From assembly GCA_963724725.1 (NCBI GenBank), contig CAVRVT010000001.1, positions 19,945 to 83,944 of the forward strand: a stretch of 64,000 nt of DNA. The letters are read 5' to 3'. A program made the translations under genes and the position numbers. This document shows positions 1-9,622 of this stretch, piece by piece; the first letter of the stretch is position 1, and every line of letters starts with the position of its first letter. The notes beneath the pieces were generated by a model. That model was not told the origin of the DNA. It did no database searches and worked only from the letters and a program-made list of their open reading frames with translations. The DNA is from an uncultured Acidobacteriota bacterium. GTDB lineage: Bacteria; Acidobacteriota; Vicinamibacteria; Vicinamibacterales; CAVVIG01.

Positions 1-236
1 TCGGCTTCTCAACGGATCCCGATCAGAGGTGGCTGGTCGTGCCCGACGGAACCAACCAGCAGGTCTATGTGCTCGAACGAACATCGCTGCGGGTTGTCAG
101 CACCTTCGGTGGCGCCGGGCACTGGGCCGGTCAGTTCTACGGCGCGCACAACCTCGCCGTCAATTCGAAGGGCGATCTGTTCATCACGGAGACCTACGAG
201 GGAAAACGCGTGCAGAAATTCGCACGGGTGAGGTAA
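1..236 (+). CDS. NHL-repeat/beta-propeller protein, C-terminal fragment (gene begins upstream of window)
   Basis: The frame is open from the window edge to the stop at 236. ...VYVLERTSLRVVSTFGGAGHWAGQFYGAHNLAVNSKGDLFITETYEGKRVQKF looks like NHL-type blades. Confidence 0.6.
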   Translation, partial: GFSTDPDQRWLVVPDGTNQQVYVLERTSLRVVSTFGGAGHWAGQFYGAHNLAVNSKGDLFITETYEGKRVQKFARVR

Positions 237-273
237 GTCCGCGATCGCCGCCGGTGTTGGCTAGACTAGGGAT

Positions 274-582
274 ATGCACCTGCAGGAAGCTCGGCTGTGC
301 CTCGATTGCGAAGAGCTGCACACGGCCGATCGTTGCCCGCGCTGTGCGTCCGACGTTTTCGCGTTCGTCACGCGCTGGATTCCCGCGAACGAGCGGCGCG
401 TCCGCACAAGACGTCCGCCGCCCGCGCCGTCACAGTCGCCGTCGTCGTCGAATCGTTCGAAGTGGCTGACGGGCGCCGCGGGCGGGCTGGCGGCGATTGC
501 CGCTGCGCGATGGCTCTGGCGCGCGCCGACGCCGGCAGCGTCACGCGCGCGCAGACCACCGGCCGATGGTGACGGTGACTGA
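274..582 (+). CDS. hypothetical small protein: N-terminal CxxC-8-CxxC zinc ribbon, Pro/Ser linker, one predicted TM helix
   Basis: ATG with AGGGA upstream. CLDC...CPRC pair; hydrophobic LTGAAGGLAAIAAARWLW; GC3-rich codons. Confidence 0.45.
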   Translation: MHLQEARLCLDCEELHTADRCPRCASDVFAFVTRWIPANERRVRTRRPPPAPSQSPSSSNRSKWLTGAAGGLAAIAAARWLWRAPTPAASRARRPPADGDGD

Positions 583-589
583 CAGGAGC

Positions 590-652
590 GCCACGCTCCA
601 GCCGAGCGTCTCACTCGTCCTCCCGGAGCGCGAGGCTTCGGCCGAGCGTGGC
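590..652. repeat. imperfect long hairpin between convergent genes; contains an inverted copy of a 26-nt dispersed element
   Basis: GCCACGCTC (590-598) pairs with GAGCGTGGC (644-652), and GCCGA (601-605) with TCGGC (638-642). 625-650 is the exact reverse complement of 14348-14373. Confidence 0.6.
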
Positions 653-683
653 AGCCCGTGTCGATGGAACAGCAGATGGCGTG

Positions 684-2129
684 CTAGATCGTCGTAATTC
701 CGTCGATCGGACTGATATCTCCGACGAAGCGCAGCAAATCAGCCATGGTGAAATCGCCCGGGGTCTTGGACGGCAGCTCCGGCCTCCAGTGCTTGCCCCT
801 GCGCCACAGGTACGACAGATGGTCACCGTGCACGAGGCCAACGAACACCTCCGACACGATTGTCGCGCCGACCGGACCGAGCCGCTCGCCGTGGCCGCGC
901 TGCTCCGCCTCCTTGAGGATGTAGTACCAAAGCGGCGTGCGCAGGTGCAGGCCATGCTTCGTGGCAACCGCGCCATCAGCTCCCGTGGAGATTTCGTCCG
1001 GCGTCAGCGGATTGTGAATCTTCATGGCCTGTGCGACGGCCTGCCCTGACGGCAGCCCCAGCATCACGCCCCGCTTCAGATTTCGGAACGGCAGGCTCCC
1101 GGCGCCGCCCGGCAGCGTGTGCAGCGTCGGGACGACGAACGGATCGATCCTGCGAGAGGGATTGAGCGGCACATCGGGTGGATTCGCCGACGCGACTTCG
1201 TGGAAGCGGCGCCAGTCGATGATCCAGTTAGCCGGCAGAACTGAGATCGGCGTCGGCCCGGTCGGCGGATTGGGCGCCAGATCGCCGACGATGCCGCCCG
1301 ACAGCCCCGTGAACCGGAACAACAGCTGCAGCGTCGCTGGCGCCACGCCGCCGACGGTGAAGATGCGATTATGGCTGTACACCTCGCGCACCATGCTGTG
1401 TCCGAGGCGATACGCCGCGGCCGAGAATTCGACCGGCATGAAGGGCGTCCTCTTGAAGCGGTAGAACCGGCGTCCTTGTTCGAGGATTCTGGCGACGATC
1501 CCTTTTTCGGTGATCCGCTCGACAAAGTCGTGCAGAACCATCCACTGGTAGTGCCACGTCACGATCTTCCGCGCCTCCGCGAAGATCGCATCCGCGGATG
1601 TGCCTGAAGCGGCCAGCTGGTCGCAGACCTTGTTGTGGAATTTCAGGAACGCCACGTGGGTCTGCGCGACCACAAGATTCTCGTCGTTGCGATGGTCGCC
1701 GACCAGGGCGAAGCCTTCGGGACTGCGCGGCAAATCGTTGCGGTGGTCGCCGGTCACTCCTCCGGCAGGCGTGGTCTTGCCGACGAGGAGTTTCGGACCG
1801 GGATTCTTACCGTCAGGATCGCCTGGGTTGCGCGCGTACAGGTGGCGGCTGCCGTCGGGCCCGAGCCCGTAGACCGAATCGAGGTCCAGCGCCGGCGTGC
1901 GGAAGTTCTCGACCGCAGTCGGGTCGGCCTCTTTCTCGCCGATGGCGGTGAGATCCAGCGTGATGTCGTGATCGACGAACTGGCCCAGATACGTGAAGCC
2001 CGCGGGGACCTGCGTGTTGTTTCCGGCGGTGCTGCCCGGGTCGGCGTCCGTCATAGCGGCCGCGAGCTCCTGAAGCGGACCGTCATCCACCTCGAGCGGC
2101 TCGAGGTCGGGAAACATTCTTCCGAACAT
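684..2129 (-). CDS. animal-type haem peroxidase family protein
   Basis: 481-aa ORF. FGRMFPDL N-terminus and the hallmark GFTYLGQFVDHDITLD distal-His motif of the An_peroxidase family; RLGHSMV proximal region. Confidence 0.9.
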   Translation of the reverse strand: MFGRMFPDLEPLEVDDGPLQELAAAMTDADPGSTAGNNTQVPAGFTYLGQFVDHDITLDLTAIGEKEADPTAVENFRTPALDLDSVYGLGPDGSRHLYARNPGDPDGKNPGPKLLVGKTTPAGGVTGDHRNDLPRSPEGFALVGDHRNDENLVVAQTHVAFLKFHNKVCDQLAASGTSADAIFAEARKIVTWHYQWMVLHDFVERITEKGIVARILEQGRRFYRFKRTPFMPVEFSAAAYRLGHSMVREVYSHNRIFTVGGVAPATLQLLFRFTGLSGGIVGDLAPNPPTGPTPISVLPANWIIDWRRFHEVASANPPDVPLNPSRRIDPFVVPTLHTLPGGAGSLPFRNLKRGVMLGLPSGQAVAQAMKIHNPLTPDEISTGADGAVATKHGLHLRTPLWYYILKEAEQRGHGERLGPVGATIVSEVFVGLVHGDHLSYLWRRGKHWRPELPSKTPGDFTMADLLRFVGDISPIDGITTI

Positions 2130-2274
2130 TCCTGGATCGTCGTGTCCGGATTGCGCGTCGAGAGACTCCCGAGTCGGTTGGCGGCCGGCCGTGCCGTGGC
2201 CGGGTCGAGGACCTGCTTGCCTTCAGTGCGACTGCTTGCTCAAGTGCCATGAGGTGCTCCCTGGCGATCGCGTT

Positions 2275-2630
2275 CCGAGGAATGGTTTGTGGTGTGCCGA
2301 TGCCCTTATGCGCTCGTAGGGCGCGAGCGACGAAAATGTTTCGCGCGATGAATGGCTGAGCGAATTTCAGGCGGAGCCTCGACGCGACCTCTGTGCCGAG
2401 ATTTCGAAGCACGTGTCAATCACGTCGGACTCTGAAAGAATTGGCGGGCCGATTGGGAGGGATCGATGTGGCGCGCGGAGACCGAGCATCACGCGCACGC
2501 GATTTCTCTGCACTTCCTGTACTACAACTTCGCCAGGGTCCATAAGACCCTGCGGGTAACTCCCGCCATGCAGGCCGGATTGGCTGATCATGTGTGGTCG
2601 CTGGAGCACGTGGTCGGCCTCTTGGACAGG
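2275..2630 (+). pseudogene. decayed transposase remnants (IS scar)
   Basis: 2466-2630 encodes HHAHAISLHFLYYNFARVHKTLRVTPAMQAGLADHVWSLEHVVGLL, a typical transposase C-terminal tail. Upstream, NGLWCADALMRS*GASDENVSRDEWLSEF resembles an ISXO2/IS1595-like segment with an in-frame stop. There is no intact ORF and the local GC is visibly lower. Confidence 0.5.
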
Positions 2631-2838
2631 CGAGTCCGCCGGACGAGCATGACCCCTTCGGCCTATGCCCTATTCCAAACTGAAGCATTACCCACGTTCC
2701 ATCTCTGGTGGGCCGTGTCTTCGAACGGCACACGATTTCAGCGCATTTTCGTTGTAAAACCGTGTCTAAGTAGTTGAAATACAACAAACTTCCTTCGAGT
2801 GGAGCAGCTGGATCGCTATTTGAACTATATAGGACATT

Positions 2839-3060
2839 ATGGTCCACTATGACGTGCCTTTTGTCCTGGCTCAGACACCGCCTCCACTCTGCCCGAAGTG
2901 TGGCAGTCACCGTACGGAAGTCGTCGGTCGGTCGAATGACGGACAAACCATCGTGCTGCGTTGCAACGCCTGCGGCGAACGGTCGCGCGTGACGATTCCG
3001 GCGAGCGATGCCGCCCCGTTTCAGTCATCCGGCGACTCGGAGACGTCCGCCACCGTATAA
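2839..3060 (+). CDS. hypothetical small zinc-ribbon protein
   Basis: 73-aa ORF with CPKC-19-CNAC. Confidence 0.45.
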   Translation: MVHYDVPFVLAQTPPPLCPKCGSHRTEVVGRSNDGQTIVLRCNACGERSRVTIPASDAAPFQSSGDSETSATV

Positions 3061-3072
3061 CGAAGACGGGAG

Positions 3073-4353
3073 ATGCTCACTCTCCACGTGTCCAATCAGT
3101 CGGCCGACTCCGGCGCCTCCGACGTCATCGTGGTGGGCGCCGGCGCCGCCGGCCTCGCCACGGCCATCTTCGCGCGTCGCTTCGATCCCGACCTTCGTGT
3201 GCTGCTGCTCGACGGCGCCCGCAAGCCTGGCGCGAAAATTCTGGTCAGCGGTGGGTCGCGCTGCAACGTCACGAACCGCTCCGTTGACGAGCACGACTTC
3301 TGGGGCGGACGCCAGCCGATCATCCGCCGGGTCCTGCGTGCGTTCACGGCGGCTGACGCGATCGACTGGTTCCGCGATCTCGGCGTCGCCCTTCACGAGG
3401 AGCCCGGCGGCAAGATGTTCCCCGACTCCAATCAGTCGCGCGACGTGCTCGACGCGCTGCTCCGCGAAGCCGCGGCGCGCGGCGTGACGCTCGTCGCCGA
3501 CCATCGTGTCGTCGACATCCGGCGGCGTGAAAACGATTTCGTCGTCGAAAGCATTCGCGGCGCGCTCACGGCTCCAGCCGTCGTGATCGCCACGGGCGGC
3601 CGATCGCTGCCCAAGACGGGAAGCGACGGCGGTGCGTACGACATCCTCCAGCGGCTGGGTCACACCATGGTGCCGACGACGCCGGCGCTGGTGCCGCTGG
3701 TGCTGGACGACGAGCAGTCGATTCACCGTGAGGTCGCGGGCGTGTCGCAGGACGTCAGCCTCGCCGTCTGGATCGACGGCGCCGTTCAGACACGACTGGC
3801 AGGCTCGCTGCTGTGGACACACGTCGGCGCGAGCGGACCGGTGGCGATGAACGCCTCGCGGCACTGGCATCGTGCGGCGCTGGAGGGACGAACGGTCCGC
3901 ATCAGCCTCAATTTCTGCGCCGGCGCGACGTTCGACGACATCGACGCGCGTCTGCAGCGGCTCGCACAGGAATCGCCACGGATGACGGCGCTGTCGGCGC
4001 TCTGCCGGTTCGTCCCGGCCTCCGTTGCCGCGGCCATGCTCGGGCGGCTCGCGATCGCGGCCGCGACGGTGCTCGCCCACCTCGGCCGAGACGAGCGCCG
4101 GCGTCTGACGCACGCGCTCGTCGAATGGCCGCTCCCGGTCGTGGCCACCCGAGGCTACAACTTCGCGGAAGCCACCGCCGGCGGGATCGCGCTCGACGAA
4201 ATCGATCCCGCGACGATGGAATCGCGTGTCTGCCAGGGATTGTTCCTCGTCGGCGAGGTCCTGGACGTGGACGGGCGCATCGGCGGCTTCAACTTCCAGT
4301 GGGCCTGGTCCACCGGCTTCGTCGCGGGACGCGCGCTCGCCAGGCTCGACTGA
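3073..4353 (+). CDS. HI0933/BaiN-like NAD(P)/FAD-dependent flavoprotein
   Basis: DVIVVGAGAAGLATA dinucleotide fold; KILVSGGSRCNVTN motif; 426 aa. Confidence 0.9.
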   Translation: MLTLHVSNQSADSGASDVIVVGAGAAGLATAIFARRFDPDLRVLLLDGARKPGAKILVSGGSRCNVTNRSVDEHDFWGGRQPIIRRVLRAFTAADAIDWFRDLGVALHEEPGGKMFPDSNQSRDVLDALLREAAARGVTLVADHRVVDIRRRENDFVVESIRGALTAPAVVIATGGRSLPKTGSDGGAYDILQRLGHTMVPTTPALVPLVLDDEQSIHREVAGVSQDVSLAVWIDGAVQTRLAGSLLWTHVGASGPVAMNASRHWHRAALEGRTVRISLNFCAGATFDDIDARLQRLAQESPRMTALSALCRFVPASVAAAMLGRLAIAAATVLAHLGRDERRRLTHALVEWPLPVVATRGYNFAEATAGGIALDEIDPATMESRVCQGLFLVGEVLDVDGRIGGFNFQWAWSTGFVAGRALARLD

Positions 4354-4413
4354 CCGTCCCCGAACCTTTTGACACCGGCGCCGTCTAAAGGCACGATCTC
4401 CCCTAATCAACTT

Positions 4414-4749
4414 ATGGGAGACAGTAAGAAGCCGATCTTTCTGCCGGGCACGCTCGACATGCTGATTCTGAAGACGCTGGCCCGGGGACCACTGCACGGA
4501 TACGCGATCGCCCAGTTCATCCAGCAGTCGTCGAACGATGTGCTGAAGGTCGAGGAGGGGGCACTCTATCCCGCACTGCACCGCCTCGAAGTCCGGGGAC
4601 TGCTCAAAGCGGAATGGGGCGCATCGGACAACAACCGTCGCGCGAAGTTCTACCGCCTGACCGCGGTCGGCCGTCGCGAGCTCGAGCAGGAATCCGCGTT
4701 CTGGGATCGCGTCGCGGCGGCTGTGACGCGCGTGATGCAAACGACATGA
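4414..4749 (+). CDS. PadR-family transcriptional regulator (acidobacterial type)
   Basis: LDMLILKTLARGPLHGYAIAQFI...GALYPALHRLEVRGLL...RAKFYRLT. ATG at 4414 is preferred over TTG at 4369. The stop overlaps the next start (ATGA). Confidence 0.9.
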   Translation: MGDSKKPIFLPGTLDMLILKTLARGPLHGYAIAQFIQQSSNDVLKVEEGALYPALHRLEVRGLLKAEWGASDNNRRAKFYRLTAVGRRELEQESAFWDRVAAAVTRVMQTT

Positions 4750-7454
4750 GAACCGCCATCGCGTCGGCATGGCACCGGCTCAAGGCGATCGTCCTCAGGC
4801 GTCGGCTCGATCGGGATCTCGACGACGAGCTGGAGTTCCATCTCGCCATGCGCGAGGCGGAACTCATGCGCGGCGGCCTGACGCGGTCGCACGCGCGGGA
4901 CGCCGCGCGCCGGCAATTCGGCAACGCCACGCATTTCAAGGAGCGGACGCACGACATGTGGACGTTCGGATCATTCGAGAGTCTGCGCCAGGACGTGCGC
5001 TTCGCCTTCCGCACGATCCGGAAGTCTCCCGGTTTCGCGACAGTGACGGTGATGGCGTTCGCCGTCGGCATCGGCGGCAACACCGCGATCTTCAGCATGC
5101 TGGACGCTATGCGGGCGAGCGCGATGCCCTTCGGGCAGCCGGATCGCCTCGTTCAGCTGTGGGGAAATGTTGCCCGCGCCCGAGTCGAACGCCGCGGTGC
5201 CTCGTTTCCCGATTATCTCGACTGGCGCACGCAGTCGCGGAGCTTCGATGACATGGCGGCCTTCGACGGCGCGACGCTCACGCTTTCCGGCGACGACGAG
5301 CCGGAGCGTATCCAGGTCGAGCTCGTGGCCGCTTCGTACTTCTCGCTGCTCGGGATCCCGCCCGCGCAGGGCCGCACGTTCCGCGCAGACGAAGACGACG
5401 TATCCAAGCCCGCTTTCGTCGTCGTCCTGAGCGATGGACTGTGGAAGCGGCGATTTGGTGCCGACCCCCGTATTGTCGGGCGCACGGTGATGCTCACGTC
5501 GCGCGTCTCGCCTGCAGCGCGCGCGATGGCTTTCACAGTCGTCGGCCTGATGCCGCCAGGGTTCAAAGGGCTCACCGATACCGCGGAGCTATGGGTGCCG
5601 TTCGCGCTGTACGCGCCGCCGGGCGCGCTGGCCAACCGTGGCACGCGCGGATTCGCCGCGCTGGCGCGTCTGAAACCAGGCGTCACGTTGCCGGCCGCCC
5701 AGGCCGAAATGGACGGGATCTCGCGCCAGCTCGAACGCGCGTATCCGGACACTAACGAGAGGCGCGCCGTCGAAGTCAGCCCGCTTGACGTTGAACTGTT
5801 CGGCGCCTTTCGCGGTTCGCTCCTGACGCTGATGGCCGCAGTCGGGTTCGTGCTCGCGATCGCGTGCGCGAACGTCGCCAACCTGCTCATCGCGCGATCC
5901 GAGGCGCGCAGGCGTGAAATCGCGGTACGCACCGCGCTTGGCGCCGGTCGGGGACGGCTGATGCGCCAGCTGATCACCGAGAGCTGCGTGCTGACGCTGA
6001 TCGGCGCCGGCATCGGTCTGATTCTGGCGCGCGGCGCCGTGACCGCGCTCATCGCGCAGAGCCCCGTCACGTTCCCGAGTTTCGTCACGCCCGGTCTCGA
6101 TGTTCGGGTCGCTGCGTTCACCACCATCGTCTCGCTCGCCTGCGGAATCCTTGTCGGCCTCGCGCCTGGCCTGCAGGCCCGCGACCTCGACCTGAACTCC
6201 GCGTTGAAGGAAAGCTCGCGCGGCAGCGACGGCCGGCGGTCGCAGCGCATGCGCAGCGGCCTCGTCGTCGTCGAGGTTTCGCTCGCGGTGGTGCTGCTCG
6301 TCGGCGCCGGCCTGATGATTCGATCGGTCCGAAATCTCATCGCACTGGATCCCGGCTTCGATCCGGATTCCGTGCTGACGATGAGGGTCAGCATTCCGCG
6401 GATGGCGCCACCATCGGGATCGCCGGTTACGCCGGCGCCGGGCGGCCCGCCGCCGCCAGTGGTCGAGGGGCGCGTGCTGCTCGATCGGCTGCGGACGGTT
6501 CCGGGCGTCGTCGCCGTCAGCCTCGCAACCGATCTGCCGCTCGATGGCAACGCGTCGGCCGGCCTCTTCGCAGCCGAAGGGATGCCGGCCGTCACCGCAC
6601 AGAATGCGCCACGCGCGTACGTCCATCGCATCTCTCCGGACTTCTTCACGACGCTCCGGATCCCGGTCACCCACGGCCGCACGTTCACCGAGGCGGAGAT
6701 GACGCCCGGCTCGACCGCGATCATCGTCAGCGAACGTGTGACAAAGCGGTTCTGGCCGGGACAGGATCCGATCGGCAAGCGCATCAAGTTCGGTTCGCCC
6801 CAGTCCGATGATCCCTGGCTGTCGATCGCCGGCGTGGTCGGCGAAGTGAAATATCGCGGCCTGCCCGACAACCCGACAGCCGATCCGGACATCTATCTGC
6901 CCTTTTCGGATCGGAACGCGCAGCTTGGCGTGGTCGTCCGGACGTCCGTGACGGCTTCGTCGGTCGTGGCGCCACTCCGCGTGGCGCTTCGTGGTCTGGA
7001 TCCGTCGATTCCCTTGTACTCAGTTGCGACGATGGAATCGCTCATCGGAGACCAGACGGCGCAATCGCGATTCACGATGTGGCTGATGGGCGTGTTCGCC
7101 GTCATCGCGCTGGCGCTTGCAGTGATCGGCATTTACGGCGTGATGTCGTATCTCGTCACGCAACGCACACGTGAGATTGGCATCCGGCTCGCGCTTGGCG
7201 CCGCTGGCCATGACATCCTCCGGCTCGTCGTCGGCAACGGTGCACGATTGATCGCCGCGGGAATCGGCCTTGGCCTCGTGGGCGCGTTCGCGCTCCAGCG
7301 TCTCGTATCGTCGCTGCTCTTCGGCGTCACCGCGGCCGACGCGGCGTCAGTCGCAGCGGTCGCGATCCTGGCCGCCGTCGCGCTCCTCGCCTGCTACCTG
7401 CCCGCGCTGCGCGCGACGCGCGTCGACCCGCTGCAGGCGCTGCGGTACGAGTAG
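4746..7454 (+). CDS. ADOP-type ABC permease (MacB-like periplasmic domain plus FtsX), no adjacent ATPase
   Basis: N-terminal helical RRLDRDLDDELEFHLAMREAE extension, then FRTIRKSPGFATVTVMAFAVGIGGNTAIFSMLD. Two FtsX-type 4-TM blocks. ATG 4746 is coupled to the padR stop. Confidence 0.9.
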   Translation: MRTAIASAWHRLKAIVLRRRLDRDLDDELEFHLAMREAELMRGGLTRSHARDAARRQFGNATHFKERTHDMWTFGSFESLRQDVRFAFRTIRKSPGFATVTVMAFAVGIGGNTAIFSMLDAMRASAMPFGQPDRLVQLWGNVARARVERRGASFPDYLDWRTQSRSFDDMAAFDGATLTLSGDDEPERIQVELVAASYFSLLGIPPAQGRTFRADEDDVSKPAFVVVLSDGLWKRRFGADPRIVGRTVMLTSRVSPAARAMAFTVVGLMPPGFKGLTDTAELWVPFALYAPPGALANRGTRGFAALARLKPGVTLPAAQAEMDGISRQLERAYPDTNERRAVEVSPLDVELFGAFRGSLLTLMAAVGFVLAIACANVANLLIARSEARRREIAVRTALGAGRGRLMRQLITESCVLTLIGAGIGLILARGAVTALIAQSPVTFPSFVTPGLDVRVAAFTTIVSLACGILVGLAPGLQARDLDLNSALKESSRGSDGRRSQRMRSGLVVVEVSLAVVLLVGAGLMIRSVRNLIALDPGFDPDSVLTMRVSIPRMAPPSGSPVTPAPGGPPPPVVEGRVLLDRLRTVPGVVAVSLATDLPLDGNASAGLFAAEGMPAVTAQNAPRAYVHRISPDFFTTLRIPVTHGRTFTEAEMTPGSTAIIVSERVTKRFWPGQDPIGKRIKFGSPQSDDPWLSIAGVVGEVKYRGLPDNPTADPDIYLPFSDRNAQLGVVVRTSVTASSVVAPLRVALRGLDPSIPLYSVATMESLIGDQTAQSRFTMWLMGVFAVIALALAVIGIYGVMSYLVTQRTREIGIRLALGAAGHDILRLVVGNGARLIAAGIGLGLVGAFALQRLVSSLLFGVTAADAASVAAVAILAAVALLACYLPALRATRVDPLQALRYE

Positions 7455-7485
7455 TGCGGTGGTGTCGCGGCGGTAAGGCTGAGGA

Positions 7486-9237
7486 TCAGCGCCCGCGTTG
7501 CGGGAGCGGCCTGGCTGCGGGAGCGGTGACGTGCGTGAGCGCTTCGGCCAGCACTCGCCCGGTTGCGCGCGGAAGAACGACGTTCGCCAGGAAGGCGAGC
7601 GTGGGCGCGACATCGGTCGGCGCGGCGCTGGTGAAATACTCGCCGCTGGCAATGCCGCGACCCATGAGCAGGACGGGAACGTGCGTGTCGTACTCATTGC
7701 CGGTCCCGTGTGTCGTCCCGTTGGCCTGGATGATCCAGTAGGGACGAAGTGTAAAGCACAGGTCGCCGCTTCGCCCTCTGAAGTGGCTGCGCGCCAGCCG
7801 TCGTCCCATCAGATCGTCGTCGAAGTTGTTGGCTTCGAGTTGATCCGAGGTGTAAACGTCCAGGATGCCACTGGTTGCCCTCAACGCATCGCGCACCTCG
7901 TCAAGGATCGCCGGCTGCGCGCGAAGCCTCGCATACACGCCAGGCTGGAAGTAGACGTCGGTGTAAATCACGCGGTTGACGTACGCACCCGGCGCCGCTG
8001 GACCGAGGTGTCTGGCGATCGCCTGGTGCACCACATCGGCAATCGTCTTCGTGTCCACTCGGCCGGCGTCCAGGCCAAACTGACGGACGCGTTCGGGCAG
8101 CGGCGCGACGCCGTGATCGGCCGTCAACGCGACCGTGTACTGCCCCGGTCCGGCGATTCGATCGAGGCCGGCGAACAGATCCCCAATCGTTCGATCCAGG
8201 CGAATCAGGACGTCCTGAATTTCGTGGCTGTTGGGACCGTAATCGTGGCCGACCTTGTCGAGCGTCGAGTAACTGATCGCGATGAGGTTCGTGGATCCGC
8301 CGCTGATGCCGAGCTTCAGGTGTTCCGCGACGTCGAGCGTCATCTTCGTCAGGTATTCGTCGGCGAACGGACTGCTCTGCCAGCGATCGTAGAACACAGC
8401 GTCCGCGACGCCAGAGGCGCCTTTCAGGGCGTGCGGGAAGCTCGGCGTCATGCCGCCCTTCACGTCTGAAATCCCGATTGCGGGATCCTCGTAGAGATAC
8501 CGATCTTTCGGCAGCGCGCGATCCCAGGTCTTCTCGAGGTCCGCTTCGACCGGATTCCGCTTGATGAAATCCGCGACCTGCGGAACAGGACCGGCTGAAA
8601 ATGCCGTGGAGGTCACCCACGATCCGCTGTCATCGAACCAGGCCACCGCATCGGGATGGTGGCCGCCAAGCGTCGCGGCCGACCGTGCCTTGAGCGAGAA
8701 CGCAATGACGCGCGCGGCGGGACTCAGCTGCGCTCGGAGCTCGTCGGCAAGTGTCGGGACTCGAAGGCGCGCGAGGCTCTCTCCGTCGTCTTTCACGGGA
8801 CGCCCGTAGCTGATGGGGTGTGCCGACGAGTCCTCGGTGCACGTGACCATCTTCTTCGCATCGCGATCCCACCAGCCGTTCAGAATCACTCCGTGGACAG
8901 AGGGGATTGTCCCGGTGCTCACACTGGTATGCCCCGGGCAGGTCACGGTGTTGTAGTACGGATATTCGGCTGTGCGAAACCAGGCGCCGTGCTCGACGAG
9001 GCGCCTGAGCCCGCGCGTCCACTGGTGGTGCAGCTTGTCGATGTAATCGGCGCGGAACTGATCGACGACCAGCACGACGAGGAGCTTCGGCGTCCGCTGG
9101 TCGCTCGGTAGCGGCTGCGCCGCCACGACGACACAGACCGAGAACAGAGCTCCGAACACCCTGAACCCAGCACCCGGCACCCGGAACGCACCCTGCACCC
9201 TGCCCCCTGCACGCTGAACTCGACCAGAGCCTTTCAC
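7486..9237 (-). CDS. alkaline phosphatase/nucleotide pyrophosphatase-phosphodiesterase family protein (secreted)
   Basis: VVDQFRADYID, TVTCPGHTSVSTGTIPSVHGVILNGWW, TADHG. The start is uncertain: the first ~25 codons are read from a heptamer-repeat tract, and GTG at 9159 is an alternative. Confidence 0.85.
   Translation of the reverse strand: MKGSGRVQRAGGRVQGAFRVPGAGFRVFGALFSVCVVVAAQPLPSDQRTPKLLVVLVVDQFRADYIDKLHHQWTRGLRRLVEHGAWFRTAEYPYYNTVTCPGHTSVSTGTIPSVHGVILNGWWDRDAKKMVTCTEDSSAHPISYGRPVKDDGESLARLRVPTLADELRAQLSPAARVIAFSLKARSAATLGGHHPDAVAWFDDSGSWVTSTAFSAGPVPQVADFIKRNPVEADLEKTWDRALPKDRYLYEDPAIGISDVKGGMTPSFPHALKGASGVADAVFYDRWQSSPFADEYLTKMTLDVAEHLKLGISGGSTNLIAISYSTLDKVGHDYGPNSHEIQDVLIRLDRTIGDLFAGLDRIAGPGQYTVALTADHGVAPLPERVRQFGLDAGRVDTKTIADVVHQAIARHLGPAAPGAYVNRVIYTDVYFQPGVYARLRAQPAILDEVRDALRATSGILDVYTSDQLEANNFDDDLMGRRLARSHFRGRSGDLCFTLRPYWIIQANGTTHGTGNEYDTHVPVLLMGRGIASGEYFTSAAPTDVAPTLAFLANVVLPRATGRVLAEALTHVTAPAARPLPQRGR
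9154..9216. repeat. tandem heptanucleotide repeat tract (~9 degenerate units)
   Basis: gaacacc ctgaacc cagcacc cggcacc cggaacg caccctg caccctg ccccctg cacgctg, with strict 7-nt period. Confidence 0.7.
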
Positions 9238-9307
9238 TCCAGACGCCTCCGGCCGTCAATGGTACTCAGAATTGGAATGCGCTTCCTGAGGATGCAATCG
9301 AGGGACG

Positions 9308-9523
9308 CTACGCTTCCTTCTTCTTCTTCGGGGCGCGCTTCTTGGCTGCGGCTTTATGTGGGGCGGGCTCGTTCGTCGCTTGAAGCACGACGAGGCGTGT
9401 CGCAAACGTGCGACGGCCGTGCTCGTCGAAATCGATCACGGTGTGGTGTTCGTTCACTTCGACGAGCGTGCCGGCGCCGTACGTCGGCTGGCTCACACGA
9501 TCGCCTTTGGACCAGTTCTTCAT
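9308..9523 (-). CDS. hypothetical small protein, Tudor/DUF3553-like core with Lys-rich tail
   Basis: KGDRVSQPTYGAGTLVEVNEHHTVIDFDEHG... resembles the UvrD/PcrA C-terminal Tudor-like motif. The tail is KAAAKKRAPKKKKEA. Confidence 0.6.
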   Translation of the reverse strand: MKNWSKGDRVSQPTYGAGTLVEVNEHHTVIDFDEHGRRTFATRLVVLQATNEPAPHKAAAKKRAPKKKKEA

Positions 9524-9622
9524 CGGACTCCTGTCACTGCGTACCCGGACTCTCGCCGACGTCCCGCTGTGGAGTGCTCGGAAAAGGTGCCGCCAGCCGA
9601 GTGGCTGGCGGCCCGGAGTTTC

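Noticed and set aside
2735-2800. CRISPR-repeat-like or IS-end-like string GTTGTAAAACCGTGTCTAAGTAGTTGAAATACAAC.
   Set aside because: It occurs as a single copy, has only a 6-bp inverted repeat, and has no second terminal repeat or spacer-repeat periodicity. It cannot be supported as a CRISPR array or an IS terminus.
3025-4770. Very long antisense or alternative-frame ORFs. Examples are 3025-4770(-) 581 aa, 5213-6892(-) 559 aa, 17820-19316(+) 498 aa, 22391-23986(-) 531 aa, 24003-25418(+), 42611-44074(+), 51662-53056(-) and 58193-59854(-).
   Set aside because: These are typical high-GC shadow ORFs. Their translations are Arg/Ala/Gly/Pro-rich and low in complexity, have no recognisable motifs, and lie exactly opposite genes with clear family signatures.
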